Below are positions 50,411 through 63,830 of a stretch of 64,000 nt of DNA, piece after piece; position 1 is the stretch's first letter, and the number at the start of each line of letters is the position of its first letter. The stretch is from Octopus sinensis. Its lineage: Eukaryota. Under the pieces are notes generated by a model, which saw nothing but the letters and a program-made list of their open reading frames with translations, was not told the DNA's origin and did no database searches. Both the position numbers and the translations under genes were made by a program. The stretch lies in NCBI RefSeq assembly GCF_006345805.1, contig NC_043001.1, positions 64,418,001 to 64,482,000 on the forward strand, given 5' to 3'.

Positions 50411-50566
50411 ATATATATATTTGTAATAATAATATGAGGGAATATTACAAATTTTTCCCTGTAAGTTTGGAAAAAAACACCTTTTATCAATTCAATAATG
50501 AAAAAATTAAATTATGCCATTTAAAAAAATTACATCTTATAGAAAGATTGAATATCAAATAAAACA

Positions 50567-50679
50567 TATACCAATGATTAAGTAATGTGCAAAATAATGA
50601 ATAAACCATATATATTTGGTAGAATAACAAATATATACGTTTTATTTATTATTTTGCACATTACTTAATCATTGGTATA
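50567..50679. mobile_element. TA-flanked hairpin MITE (mariner-like termini)
   Basis: 39-bp arms differing at one base (TATACCAATGATTAAGTAATGTGCAAAATAAT..), plus an inner TATATATTTG/CAAATATATA stem. Confidence 0.8.
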
Positions 50680-53600
50680 CACACCCTCAGAGTTGGCACA
50701 CTCAATGTTGGCACATTGCAAGGTAGGTCTGGAGAGATTGTAGAGCTGCTTGAACGGAGATGTGTGGATGTATACTGTATCCAGGAAGTAAGGTGGAGAG
50801 GAGGTTCCGCTAGGCTCCTCTCAGGCAAGGAACACAGGTACAAGATTTTCTGGGCAGGGAACACTGACGGGGTCGGGGGCGTGGGTATACTTCTTGCGGA
50901 GAAATGGGTAGGTAAGGTAATCGAGGTAGTCAGAGTAAGTGACAGAGTAATTAAAATTAGATTAGTCCTTCACCATAGGACAGCTACCATCATCTCGGCA
51001 TATGCCCCTCAACCAGGGCTACCGGAAGGACAAAAAGACCAATTCTATGACACCCTATTGCGGACTACCTCGTTGACAAATGACAGTGACCTTCTCTTCG
51101 TGGCAGGTGATTTCAATGGACATGTTGGACGGCATGTCGGGGGCTTCCATGGCGTCCATGGAGGCTACGGTTTTGGCTCTCATAATGAGGAGGGAACCAG
51201 GCTGCTGGAGTTCTGCGATGCAAATAACCTTATGGTCTGCAATACCAACTTCAGGAAACCCACCTCTCACCTAGTCACCTACCGTTCTGGCAGACACACC
51301 AGCCAGATTGACTACATCCTTGCCAGAAAAAGGGAAAGAGGGCTGATTATAAATGCCAAAACCTTTCCAGGCGAAGAATGTACTCCTCAACATAGATTAG
51401 TAGTTAGCGACTTCAGGATCAGTGTTAAATGGTTGCCCAGAAGAAGACCAGCTTGGAGGAGAAGGGTCTGGAAGCTTAAAGATCCTGCAAATGGACAGAG
51501 ATTTAGAGACATACTACTCGAAGCCTTTGACGAAATAGAAGGGGATATAGCTTCACTTAATATGGAAGACAACTGGAGATTTCTACGGGACAATCTGCTG
51601 ACAGCCACTGACCAGATCTGTGGATGGAGCAAAGTACCATCTCGACCCAAAGTAACGTGGTGGTGGAACACTGTGGTTGACAGGGCTATTAGAGAAAAGA
51701 AACAGGGTTGGAAGGACTGGAAGAACGGTGGTAGCAGGGAATTGTATCAGACAGCCAGAAGGGAAGCTAGGAGACAGGTTTATTTAGCCAGAGGGGAAGC
51801 GGATAAGAAAAAATTTGCCAATGTTCTGAGCCGTGAGGATGAAAGACTTGAGGTATTTCGTGTTGCAAGACAGTGTGTGAGAGAGAATCGTGATGTGGTA
51901 GGAGAGAAGTGTGTTCGCATGGATGATGGTTCACTTGCGCTAAATGAGGATGCAAAGAGAGAGGTTTGGAGATGCTACTATGAAAGGTTGCTGAATAAAG
52001 AAAATGAATGGGATAAAGAGAGTCTGCCGAATGTTGACCCAACAGAGGGACCAGCTATCCGAGTTGATAGTTCCATGGTAGCTAAGGCAATTAGAAGCAT
52101 GAAGACAGGGAAAGCCCCAGGCCCATCAGGAATTACTGCAGAGATGCTCAAAATATCTGGCAGTGTCGGCTATAACCTAGTCACCCGTATAGTCAACCAG
52201 GTGATACACGAAGGAGTCATACCCAATGACTGGTGTAGCAGCATACTAGTCAACTGCTACAAAGGTAAAGGTGATGCCCTAGATACAAATAATTACAGAG
52301 GTATCAAGCTGTTGGATCAGGTAATGAAGGTTATGGAGAGGGTCGTAGCCCAACTAATTAGAGAGAGAGTTAGTTTAGATGAGATGCAGTTTGGGTTCGT
52401 GCCAGGGAAAAGCACCACTGATGCTATATTCCTGGTAAGGCAGCTGCAGGAGAAATACCTAGCCGAAGATAAGCCCCTGTACCTGGCTTTCATTGACATG
52501 GAGAAAGCCTTTGATAGGGTCCCCCGATCCCTCATCTGGTGGTCAATGAGGAAACTAGGGATAGATGAATGGCTGGTGAGGGCTATGCAAGCCATGTACA
52601 GAGATGCCGTAAGTAAGGTTAGGGTTGGCAACATGTACACAGAAGAATTCAAAGTAGAGGTTGGGGTCCACCAGGGTTCAGTACTCAGCCCCCTCCTATT
52701 TATCATAGTCCTCCAGGCCATTGTGTAGGAATTCAAGACAGGTTGCCCCTGGGAGCTCCTCTATGCTGACGACCTCGCTCTAATTGCAGTTGTGGAAGGA
52801 GGGTTTAGAATCGAGGGGCCTTAGAGTCAACCTAGCTAAAACCAAAGTACTAATAAGTAGAAAGGTAGACAATCCACAAATGTCCTCAGGAAGATGGCCC
52901 TGCTCGATCTGTAGAAAAGGTGTAGGTAGAAACTCTATAAGATGTACCCAGTGTAAGCTATGGACACATAAGAGGTGCAGCAATGTCAAAGGTAGGCTAA
53001 CTGGGAAGATAGTTTTTGTATGTGGCAGATGCTTGGGAGCATTGACCTCCGAAAATCTGCAGAAAACAACTTCCGTCACTTTCCAGGGGGAAAAACTAGA
53101 AGTAGTTGATAGCTTCCATTATCTAGGTGACCAAGTCAGTAGGGGGGTGGGTGCGCTGAAAGTGTAACTGCTAGAATAAGAATAGCCTGGGCAAAGTTTA
53201 GGGAGCTCTTACCTCTGCTGGTGACTAAAGGCTTCTCGCTCAGAGTAAAAGGTAGACTGTATGATGCATGTGTACGAACTGCCATGCTACATGGCAGTGA
53301 AACATGGGCCGTGACTGCTGAGGACATGCGTAAGCTCATGAGGAATGAAGCCAGTATGCTCCGATGGATGTGTAATGTCAGTGTACTTACTCGACAGAGT
53401 GTTAGTTCCTTGAGAGAAATGTTGTACCTAAGAAGCATCAGTTGTGGTGTGCAAGAGAGACGATTGCGCTGGTATGGTCATGTGGCGAGAATGGATGAAG
53501 ATAGGTGTGTGAGAAAGTACCAATCCCTAGCAGTTGAGGGAGCCCGTGGAAGAGGTAGACCCAGGAAAACCTGGGACGAGGTGGTGAAGCACGACCTTCG

Positions 53601-54362
53601 AACATTAGGTCTCACCATGGAAATGACTAGAGACCGAGACCTATGAAAGTATGCTGTGCATGAGAAGACCCGGCAAGACTAGTGAAGCCATAACCCGTGG
53701 CCCCTACCTGGGACGTAGTCAGTCCACCTGTGCATACCTTCCTTCTTGTGATACTTGTGAAGACCTGTTGAGGCAAGTGAAAATCAAATCAAATCAAATC
53801 AAACCAAATCAAAATAGATGAACATCAATGGAATTTGTATCCTTGTGGTACCAGTGCCGGTGGCACATAAGAAAACCATCCGAACGTGACCGTAGTCAGT
53901 ACCGCATCGACTGGCCTCCGTGCTGTGGGCACGTAACAAACACCATCCGATCGTGGCCGTTCACCAGCCTCGTCTGGCACCTGTGTCGGTGGCACATAAG
54001 AAAACACCATCCGAGCGTGGCCGTCTGCCAGCCTCATCTGGCACCTGTGTCGGTGGCACAAAAAAAAACACCATCCGAGCGTGGCCGTCTGCCAACCTCG
54101 TCTGGCACCTGTGTCGGTGGCACAAAAAAAAAACACCATCCGAGCGTGGCCGTCTGCCAGCCTCGTCTGGCACCTGTGTCAGTGGCACATAAAATCACCC
54201 ACTACACTCTCGGAGTGGTTGGCGTTAGGAAGGCCATCCAGCTGTAGAAACACTGCCAGATCTGACCGGCCTGGTGCAGCCTTCGGGCTTGCCAGACCCC
54301 AGTTGAACCGTCCAACCCATGCTAGCATGGAAAGCGGACGTTAAATGATGATGATGATGATG
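50680..54362 (+). mobile_element. RTE LINE lacking its 5' UTR; 670-aa APE-RT ORF then deletion/frameshifts
   Basis: ORF 50716-52728, fragments 52784-53646, ~58-bp 3'-UTR subrepeats, (GAT)n tail. Confidence 0.96.
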
Positions 54363-54413
<51 letters not shown>

Positions 54414-54419
54414 GTAAAA

Positions 54420-56167
54420 TAAGTATTCAGTTAGAATCAGGTACTTGAAAAGATATGCACCAGGCAGGGTTGGATAAACCTGTGGTTCTGGCCTATGGTT
54501 GGTAATTATCAGAAAGGATATTCCAGTTGTGTACACAGAGAAAACCGACCCTATGTGTATTTAGCACCTAAGGGCTGGTTCAAATCAAACGTTACTTTGA
54601 ATAGTACGTTGTTGGTATACTCTAGGGTGTCCGACAAGTCACAAATCCCATTGGTGTATTATAATCAAATGAATAACATATGATGGATAATTGTCAGCTC
54701 ATTACAGCTTTTTCTCCTGTGTTGTTTTAATAGAAGAATGCGAACATTATTACAAAAAACTGTATTCATCAGATGAAATGTAATTTTACAAACAAAAGAA
54801 TATCCCAAGGATATAGCAAGGATGTGGCTGAAGTCTATTGAGGACAACTATGAAAAAGGAGAATGACCAACAAAGTTGGTTGTTGAGGTTAAGAATATAG
54901 TTTTTGAAAGTGTGTAATATCATATCTAAGGTCAGCAACCTGGGTGAGATAGAAGTCTGCTAGACTGGTTCTTAGGTAGGCTGGAGTGGGATGTAGGTGA
55001 TATTTTATTATAGTAGGCTTAGAGCAGCGGGAAGCAAAGAGATGTCCTAATATAAATTGAGGATAAAAAAAGAAAGAATAAAGCAAAGGTAAGGGTGAAG
55101 AAAAATAAAAGCATACAAGCCAATTAAGTATAGATTTGCTAGCTATGCCTAAGGGACAAAGGGAGGGGGCAGAGACACACAGAATTTAGGGGTATTCTGT
55201 GGATATTGGTTGAAAGTTGGGAGAGGGTACGAAGGCAATCAAATAATAAGATTGAACTTTTATGGAATTGTAGTATTAGTAATAGTAGAGAACTAATTAT
55301 CATTAAGGAGTTTAAAGAAGGATGGAATTATATAATAAACTACACCTAGTATGGAGTTAGTGGAAATATCAGATTGGATATCAAAGAAAGCCAGCAGTAG
55401 GGAGTAGTCTAATGATTAACAATATGGAATGTCATACGGGTCGCATTGATATTATTTAATTAGATAGTATTATCACCTTTGTGTGAATCAAGTAAAGCAA
55501 CTCCTGACAATAGACGCTGGCAAGAGGTGTTCTATCTCTTATTTAACAAGCTCAGCACAACTGTATCTTGGTGTAAGATGCTGGTTGGTTTCTAGCAGCC
55601 TTGTACCCTGTGACAAATATCAAGGAGTGATGTTCGTAGAGGCTACAGCCCATGGGGAGACCAGACTCAACATTAAGATCATTGAAAAGCCAGGGAGCTC
55701 TATCAGATCACAGTTATGTAGGGTGTACCCCTTCAAGAATACCACATGCACCAATGAGAACTGCATAGTATAGTAAGATTAACCGTGTCATTAACTGTAG
55801 AACTAGAAACATAGTCTTCAGCATAAGGTGCATAGCGGGTGCTTGTAAAGACAAGAACATGACAATCATTAGCAAGACATCTAGAAGTATTGCAGAGAGA
55901 CTAAATGTACAATTGAGACAATATGACAACAAAAAACAGTCCTCCATACTCTACCAACATGAGGGCACACAGGGTTGACTTGACATTCACATTTTATCCA
56001 AGCACCCAAAGTATCTAACACTCAGACAGATACAGGAGTAAGTCCTCATAAATGAAACATCCCCCATACTAAATAGGAAATGCATGTAGCAGGTAGTGAT
56101 ACTCTAATACACACAGTATATACACTTAGGTACTTAGGTAGATTTGTTAGTAGACTGTTATGTAGGA

Positions 56168-56199
<32 letters not shown>

Positions 56200-56200
56200 T
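54420..56200 (+). mobile_element. Penelope-like element remnant (GIY-YIG endonuclease end)
   Basis: FVEAT..IKIIEKPG..PFKNTTCTNENC (ORF 55483-55773), then CRTRNIVFSIRC..KTSRSIAERL..SSILYQH..FDIHIL..RQIQE..PILNRK at ~55790-56085. Degenerate hammerhead on minus strand at 54698-54777. Confidence 0.8.
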
Positions 56201-56284
56201 TCGAGACAAAACCACTATTTTGCAAAACAAACAAGGAAAGACTTAATCAATACATAAAAATTATTTATTATATATATATATATA

Positions 56285-56359
56285 TGAGTAGGTAAATGGA
56301 TATGTAGGTAAACAGATAGGCAAATAGATAGATAGGTACATGGGTAATATGGACAGACA

Positions 56360-56430
<71 letters not shown>

Positions 56431-56935
56431 AAAGAAGACGGAAGCACATTACCAGATACACACATGCACACTCCATACACACACATACACAAAGGTACAT
56501 ATGGAGACACATCCATACATAACAGATGCACATACATAGTCACAAACCCATACATACACACACAGAAACATGAATATGCAGAATACATACGTACAAACGT
56601 ACCCACCCACCCACACACACACACACATACATATGTGTAAACACATGCTTGCTGATGCACACACATGTGTACAGACAAATAAAAAGAAAGCAGCTCCAAA
56701 AATGGACAGTCAACAACTATTAAAGAGGTTGAAAGAAGCAACGAAAATTTCAGGAAAAATAAAAATAAAAGAGTGGAAATTGAATCGGTGAGTATGTTAA
56801 TTAATAAAGCATTAAAACAGAATGATTCTCCTCAGATACAACAAAATATGCTTCAACACATAAATTCACATAAAGAATCTTGCAAACGAAATAAAAAAAC
56901 AAAGATGTATATATAAATATATATATATATATATA
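56285..56935. repeat. Repeat family X copy
   Basis: Same microsatellite-rich body and core as 28230-29066. Confidence 0.85.
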
Positions 56936-56944
56936 TACACACAT

Positions 56945-58975
56945 ACAAACTGCTGGATCAGGTGATGAAGGTCATGGAGAGGGTCATAACCCATCTCATC
57001 AGGGTGGTAGAAGCACCACTGATGCCATATTCCTGGTTCGACAACTGCAGAAGAAATACCTAGCTAAAGATAAACCCCTATACTTAGCTTTTGTGGACTT
57101 GGAGAAAGCCTTTGACAGGGTCTCCCAATCCCTTATCTGGTGGGTGATGCAGAAACTGGAGATTGAAGAATGGTTAATAAGGACTGTACAGGCCCTTTAC
57201 AGAGAGGCCGTTAGTAAGGTTAGGATTGGCAATGAGTATAATGAAGAATTCCGAGTAGAAGTAGGCATCCACCAAAGTTCAGCCCTCAGTCCCCTTTTAT
57301 TCATCATAGTCCTCCAGGCAGTAACAGAGGAATTCAAGACGGGTTGACCTTGGGAGCTCCTCTATGCTGATGACATGGCCCTCATAGCAGAATCATTATT
57401 GGAACTAGAAAAGAAATTTTGGGTGTGGAAGCTAGGTTTGGAATCAAAGGGCATTAGTCAATGTAGCAAAGACCAAAGTTCTGGTAAAGTTGGAAGGCAA
57501 ACTCATTACACCCCCCGCCTTAGGTAGGTGGCCCTGCTCGATCTGTAGAAAAGGTGTAGGTAGAAACTCCATAAGATGTACCCAGTGTAAGCTATGGACA
57601 CATAAGAGGTGCAGCAACATCAAAGGAAAATTAACCAAGAAGATAGCTTTCATGTGCGGCAGATGCACAGGGTAATAGACACCACAGATACTCAGAAAAC
57701 AGATTCCATCATGCTCCAGGGGGAGAAACTGGAAGTAGTTGATAGTTTCCGCTACCTAGGTGACCAAGTTAGTAGTGGGGGTGGATGCTCAGAGAGTTTT
57801 ACCACTAGAATATGAATAGCCTGGGCAAAGTTTAGAAAGCTTCTTCCCCTACTGGTGACAAAGGATCTCTCGCTCAGAATGAAAGGCAGATTGTATGATG
57901 CATGTGTGTGAGCTACCATGCTTCACGGTAGTGAAACATGGGCTGTGAATGCAGAGGTCATGCATAGGCTTAAAAGAAATGAAGCTAGCATGATCCGCTA
58001 GATGTGTAATGTCAGTGTGCATGCACAACAGAGTGTAAACGCCCTGGACATAAGAAGCATAGGATGTGGCGTGCAGGAGAGACGTATGCGTTGGTATGGT
58101 CATGTACTACAGATGGATGAGGAGAGATGTGTGAAGAAGTGCCAACTCCAAACTGTTGAAGGAATCTGGGGTAGAGGTAGACTCAGGAAGACATGGGATG
58201 AGGTGGTCAAGCATGACCTTCGAACGTTGGGCTTCACAGAGGCAATGATGAAAGACTGAGACCTCTGGAGATATGCTTTGACTGCAAAGACCCGACAAAT
58301 GAAGTGAGTTCATGGCTCGCAGGACGGTCTGCTGTGCTAACCTTGGATCATAGGGCGACCTGCTGTGCTTGAATCAAGTACATAAACATCAAAAAAAAAA
58401 ATCAAATGGGAACTGTAGTTGTGATACCCGTGCTGGTGGCACGTTGGGCCTCACAGCGGCAATGATGAAAGACCGAGACCTCTGAGATATGCTGTGACTG
58501 CGAAGACCCGACAAATGAAGTGAGTTCATAGCTTGCAAGACAGCCTGCTGTGTTAACCTTGGATTGCAGGATGACCCGTTGTACTTGAGGAGACCTATTG
58601 AGTCAAGTACATCACCATCAACATCAGCATCAAAATATAAATCAAATGGAAATTGCAGTTATGATGCCCATGCCGGTGGCATGTAAAAAGCACCATCTGA
58701 ACGTGGCTTATGCCAGCGCCGCCTGACTGGCGTCTGTGTCGGTGACACATAAAAAGCACCAACCGATCGCAGCTGTTTGCCAGTCCCCTCTGGCAGTACG
58801 TAAAAAGCACCCACTACACTCATGGAGTGGTTGGCGTTAGGAAGGACACCCAACTGTAGAAACACTGCCAGATCAGACTGGAGTGTGGTGCAGCCTCCTG
58901 GCTTCCCAGACCCCGGTCGAACTGTCTGACCCATGGTAGCATGGAAAACGGACGTTAAATGAGGATGATGATGAC
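56945..58975 (+). mobile_element. 5'-truncated RTE LINE with duplicated ORF-end/3'-UTR segment
   Basis: KLLDQVMK start, RT/PHD/C-terminal fragments, 58227-58441 repeated at 58442-58650, (GAT)n tail. Confidence 0.92.
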
Positions 58976-59039
58976 ACAGACATTAAAGACATAAATAGAC
59001 ACCCTTATAATCATTAAAATTTATTTAAATCTGAAATTG

Positions 59040-60200
59040 TGCATTCAAATTATTTGTTAGTTGTTACAATGTGAACATTTACTATTTAGTAGACATGCTC
59101 TTTGCATTTTTCAATGCAAGGCCCTATTAGGCATGTTACTGATCAGATGGTGACTATTTTCTTGCGGAATTTCTTGCTAAGTTTCATGCAATAATCTCAA
59201 AAGATCTGGCTTTGAAGATGCTTTCTTGTTCTGTTCATGAAATGTCCTTTCCATTATGCCCCAGAAGTGTTCTAAAGGGTTCATATCTGGTGACTGGCTT
59301 GGCTATGGAAGCTTTCTAATGCCATTCTTTTCCAACAAATCTTGGGTCATTTTAACCGTGTGACAAGGAATCCCATCTTCCATAAATAGAGTCTTCTTTA
59401 ATCATTTCATCACTGGAGAAGTTTGGAAGGAGTCCTTTCTGCAATATGTACATATATTTATTTCAGTTTATCTTTCCCTCACACTCCACCAGCTCTGATC
59501 AACCATTGCTCCAAATTGTTTCCCAGACCATCATAGAATAGCTGCTGTGTTTCATTCCTGGTTGCAATCTTTTCACATCAAATTCTTGATCACAGAGTCT
59601 CCAGACCCACACTTGACCAATATTAGGAAATACAGCAAATCTGGACTCATCAGAGAATATGCTAGTGTCCCAAAATGCTAATGGTCTCTCCACCATCTCA
59701 CTGGCCCAATCTTTTCTCTGCTGCATATTGGCTGGTCAAAGATGCGGCTTCCTTCTTCTTGCTCTGCCATAGTAACCAAATTTGTGGAGATACCTGACAG
59801 CTGTTCTGAGACTGACATCAACTTGCTCTGCTATGTCAGAGGTCTTGCAACAAGGATTATCCACCAGACTTCTCTTAACAAAGAGAAGGGTCCTGTCAGA
59901 GGGCCCTGGTTGATCTGGACAAGGTAATGTGGACTCCTTCCCCTCTCTGGTGAATTGCACAATTACTCTATTAACTGTAGAAAGCAAAATCCCAAGGTTT
60001 TCTTCGATTTTACGCTGACTATATCCACCTTCAGAATGACCCACAATACGGCCTCTTTGAAATTCAGACAGTTCCAAGGCTTCATCTGTACATAGCATAA
60101 TTAAGCAGTCACATATTAAATCTGAAACATAAAAATGACAATTAATAAGAAATATAAACCTTTACAGGTTAGAATAAACAGAAAACGATGTTTTATGAGG
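59040..60200 (-). mobile_element. Degenerate Tc1-like (DD34E) transposon
   Basis: [50 protein letters not shown]. Confidence 0.9.
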
Positions 60201-60239
60201 TGTCTATTTACTTCTAACATGTGTGAGTTTGTGTGTGTG

Positions 60240-60326
<87 letters not shown>

Positions 60327-60479
60327 ATGTGTGTGTTGGTTATCTTCCTTCTGTGTTTTGTTTTTGCCTTCTTGTTTAAACATTATCTTTCAGCTTGATA
60401 AATGGCTGAATAAATTATTTCGACCAGGAATCTCTGGGTAGCTATTTGCAAGATTTGTGATTTTTAATTTAATCTAGAA

Positions 60480-61130
60480 CATGTGAAAGAAATATTAGCC
60501 ACCACATCAAATCTGCTCATTGGGCTTCCAGAAGACTCAGCAAGCATGAACCCTATATCACAAAGACCTGAAAAAGCTTTAGCATTTCCTACAAGCCAAG
60601 TTTCAGCAGATCCTCTACATCAAATGACAGGACCAATGTACCAACAATAAAGTACTCAATCTCTCAGAAATGTCAAGCTTTGAAGCTGCCTTCCTCAAGC
60701 ACCGCCTCAGGACATGTCATCTGAATGATCTCTTCAAAACTCCCATGCACTATCCTCTGCAGCGAGCTCATTAATAGCAAACGACATCGAGGATCCTCAA
60801 AACACAAATTCAAAGACCAACTGAAGTCTTCCCTTCTTCAAGCTGGTGTCAGCCCTAACACCTGGGAAACTGAAGCTGCCAACCATCCATCCAACCAAGA
60901 TCAATTCATCTTGGTTGTTCCACTTTTGAGGAAAGGAGAAAAACTGAAGAACAAGCAAAAAGATAGCAACGCAAGGCCTGGCAACTCCAGCCAAGACCAC
61001 CACCCTCCCTGCCATGTAATCAATGTCCAAGACTCTTCAATTCCTGACTTGGCCTTCTGAGCCATATCATGTTTAAGTATCATGGAGGCATCAGATGAAC
61101 CAAACTTAGACACAAGTGATGCTGCCACTG
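60480..61130 (+). mobile_element. BovB-like RTE 3' fragment
   Basis: LPCTILCSEL..KFKDQLKSSL..TWE and one degenerate CxxC..LGLLSH finger. Confidence 0.75.
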
Positions 61131-61157
61131 CCAATATATATATATATATATATATAT

Positions 61158-62943
61158 CACAGAAGAATTCAAAGTAGAGGTTGGGGTCCACCAGGGTTCA
61201 GTACTCAGCCCCCTCCTATTTATCATAGTCCTCCAGGCAATTGCGGAGGAATTCAAGACAGGTTGCCCCTGGGAGCTCCTCTATGCTGACGACCTTGCTC
61301 TAATTGCTGAGTCACTATCAGAACTGGAGGAGAAGTTCCAGGTGTGGAAGGAGGGTTTAGAATCGAGGGGCCTTAGAGTCAACCTAGCTAAAACCAAAGT
61401 ACTAATAAGTAGAAAGGTAGACAATCCACAAATGTCTTCAGGAAGATGGCCCTGCTCGATCTGTAGAAAAGGTGTAGGTAGAAACTCTATAAGATGTACC
61501 CAGTGTAAGCTATGGACACATAAGAGGTGCAGCAATGTCAAAGGTAGGCTAACTGGGAAGATAGTTTTTGTATGTGGCAGATGCTCGGGAGCATTGACCT
61601 CCGAAAATCTGCAGAAAACAACTTCCGTCACTTTCCAGGGGGAAAAACTAGAAGTAGTTGATAGCTTTCGTTATCTAGGTGACCAAGTCAGTAGTGGGGG
61701 TGGGTGCGCTGAAAGTGTAACTGCTGGAATAAGAATAGCCTGGGCAAAGTTTAGGGAGCTCTTACCTCTGCTGGTGACAAAAGGCCTCTCGCTCAGAGTA
61801 AAAGGCAGACTCTATGATGCATGTGTACGAACTGCCATGACACATGGCAGTGAAACATGGGCCATGACTGCTGAGGACATGCGTAAGCTCATGAGGAATG
61901 AAGCCAGTATGCTCCGATGGATGTGTAATGTCAGTGTACTTACTCGACAGAGCGTTAGTACCTTGAGAGAAATGTTGTACCTAAGAAGCATCAGTTGTGG
62001 TGTGCAAGGGAGACGATTGCGCTGGTATGGTCATGTGGTGAGAATGGATGAATATAGGTGTGTGAGAAAGTGCCAATCCCTAGCAGTTGAGGGAACCCGT
62101 GGAAGAGGTAGACCCAGGAAAACCTGGGACGAGGTGATGAAGCACAACCTTCGAACGTTAGGTCTCACCATGGAAATGACTAGAGACCGAGACCTATGGA
62201 AGTATGCTGTGCGTGAGAAGACCCGGCAAGACTAGTGAAGCCATAGCCCGTGGCCCCTACCTGGGACGTAGTCAGTCCACCTGTGCATACCTTCCTTCTT
62301 GTGACACTTGTGAAGACCTGTTGAGGCAAGTGAAAATCAAACCAAATCAAAATAGATGAACATTAATGGAATTTGTATCTTTGTGGTACCAGTGCCGGTG
62401 GCACATAAGAAAACCATCCGAACGTGGCCGTAGCCAGTACCGCATCGACTGGCCGCCGTACTGTGGGCACGTAACAAACACCATCCGATCGTGGCCGTTC
62501 GCCAGCCTCGTCTGGCACCTGTGTTGGTGGCACATAAAAAACACCATCCGAGCGTGGCCGTCTGCCAGCCTCGTCTGGCACCTGTGTCGGTGGCACATAA
62601 AAAACACCATCCGAGCGTGGCCATCTGCCAGCCTCGTCTGGCGCCTGTGTCGGTGGCACATAAAAAACACCATCCGAGCGTGGCCGTCTGCCAGCCTCGT
62701 CTGGCACCTGTGTCGGTGGCACATAAAAAACACCATCCGAGCGTGGCCGTTCGCCAGCCTCGTCTGGCACCTGTGTCGGTGGCACATAAAATCACCCACT
62801 ACACTCTCGGAGTGGTTGGCGTTAGGAAGGCCATCCAGCTGTAGAAACACTGCCAGATCTGACTGACCTGGTGCAGCCTTCGGGCTCCCCAGACCCCAGT
62901 TGAACCGTCCAATCCATGCTAGCATGGAAAGCGGACGTTAAAC

Positions 62944-62975
<32 letters not shown>
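61158..62975 (+). mobile_element. 5'-truncated young RTE LINE
   Basis: Uninterrupted RT-end/PHD/C-terminal ORF to EKTRQD* (61342-62235), five to six ~58-bp subrepeats, (GAT)n tail. Confidence 0.96.
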
Positions 62976-62976
<1 letters not shown>

Positions 62977-62989
62977 ATCATCTTCTACT

Positions 62990-63830
62990 CTATATCAATC
63001 TGAACATTCTGTGGTGCAGTTGCAACAACAACAATCCCAACAGTTGCTGGAATTAATGTTGAAGAAGTTGGAAAATACTGCAGGTTCTTACCTGCCAGAC
63101 AGTGTAGCAAATTCAATTGAAGAATTCATCTATAAGCCAAAAGAAGGGATTACTTTCTCTGCATATTTTTGAAAATACAAAGAAATTGTCAAAGAAGAAT
63201 GTAAAAATTGGTCTGATGAGAAAAAAGTACGACTACTTTTAAGAAAGTCATCCCCTGTTGAATGCAAAAAATATAGTAATTATATTCTGCCAAAGTAAAC
63301 CAGGTGAGATACATTTCAATGAAACAATTTTTTATCGAAAATTTTCAGTGAAAGAAGTTCCCTGTTTAATACTTGCTGGCAATATTTAAATTTGGTCAGA
63401 AAAGATGATGAAGATTTCATCACCTATGCTGGGGTTGTTAACAGAGAGTGTGAAAAATTCAAATTAAATAAATTAACACCAGACATGTTCAAATGTTTAA
63501 TTTTTGTTCAAGGGCTAACTGCAAGCAAAGATGCAGATATACATTCCCAGATATTAACAAAATTAGAACAGGACCAAGACTTTACTCTACAGACAATAGC
63601 AGAATAATGCCAGAGGATTATAAATCTAAGACATGACACAGTTAAAATTAAAGAAAAAGATTGCTCACAAATTCATGCATATTGACCAGTAACGGATAAG
63701 AAAAAAGAGAAAAAATGTCAAAACCAAATCCATGTTTACATTTTAAAGGTAACTGTGTTTAAAAATACAAAAACCTTTCAGTGTGGTAAGATAGGTCATA
63801 AAAAATCGCACTGTAAAACAAAACCTGAAA
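62990..63830 (+). mobile_element. Gypsy-type LTR retrotransposon gag pseudogene
   Basis: DSVANSIEEFIY..TFSAYF, DEDFITYAGVVNRECEKFKL..FKCLIFVQGL..LTKLEQD, and CCHC knuckle QCGKIGHKKSHC at ~63778-63815. Confidence 0.8.

Noticed and set aside
62530-62600. HDV-like ribozyme in the 58-bp unit (CCAGCCTCG..CTGGC resemblance)
   Set aside because: P1 would not directly follow P3, and no P2/J4-2 could be placed.
62478-62790. CRISPR-like regular repeats (also 13270-13440 and 53940-54190)
   Set aside because: Head-to-tail units without unique spacers, inside LINE 3' UTRs, no cas genes, eukaryotic context.
62945-63172. Poly-Met ORF start
   Set aside because: The (GAT)n LINE tail read into the Gypsy gag remnant.
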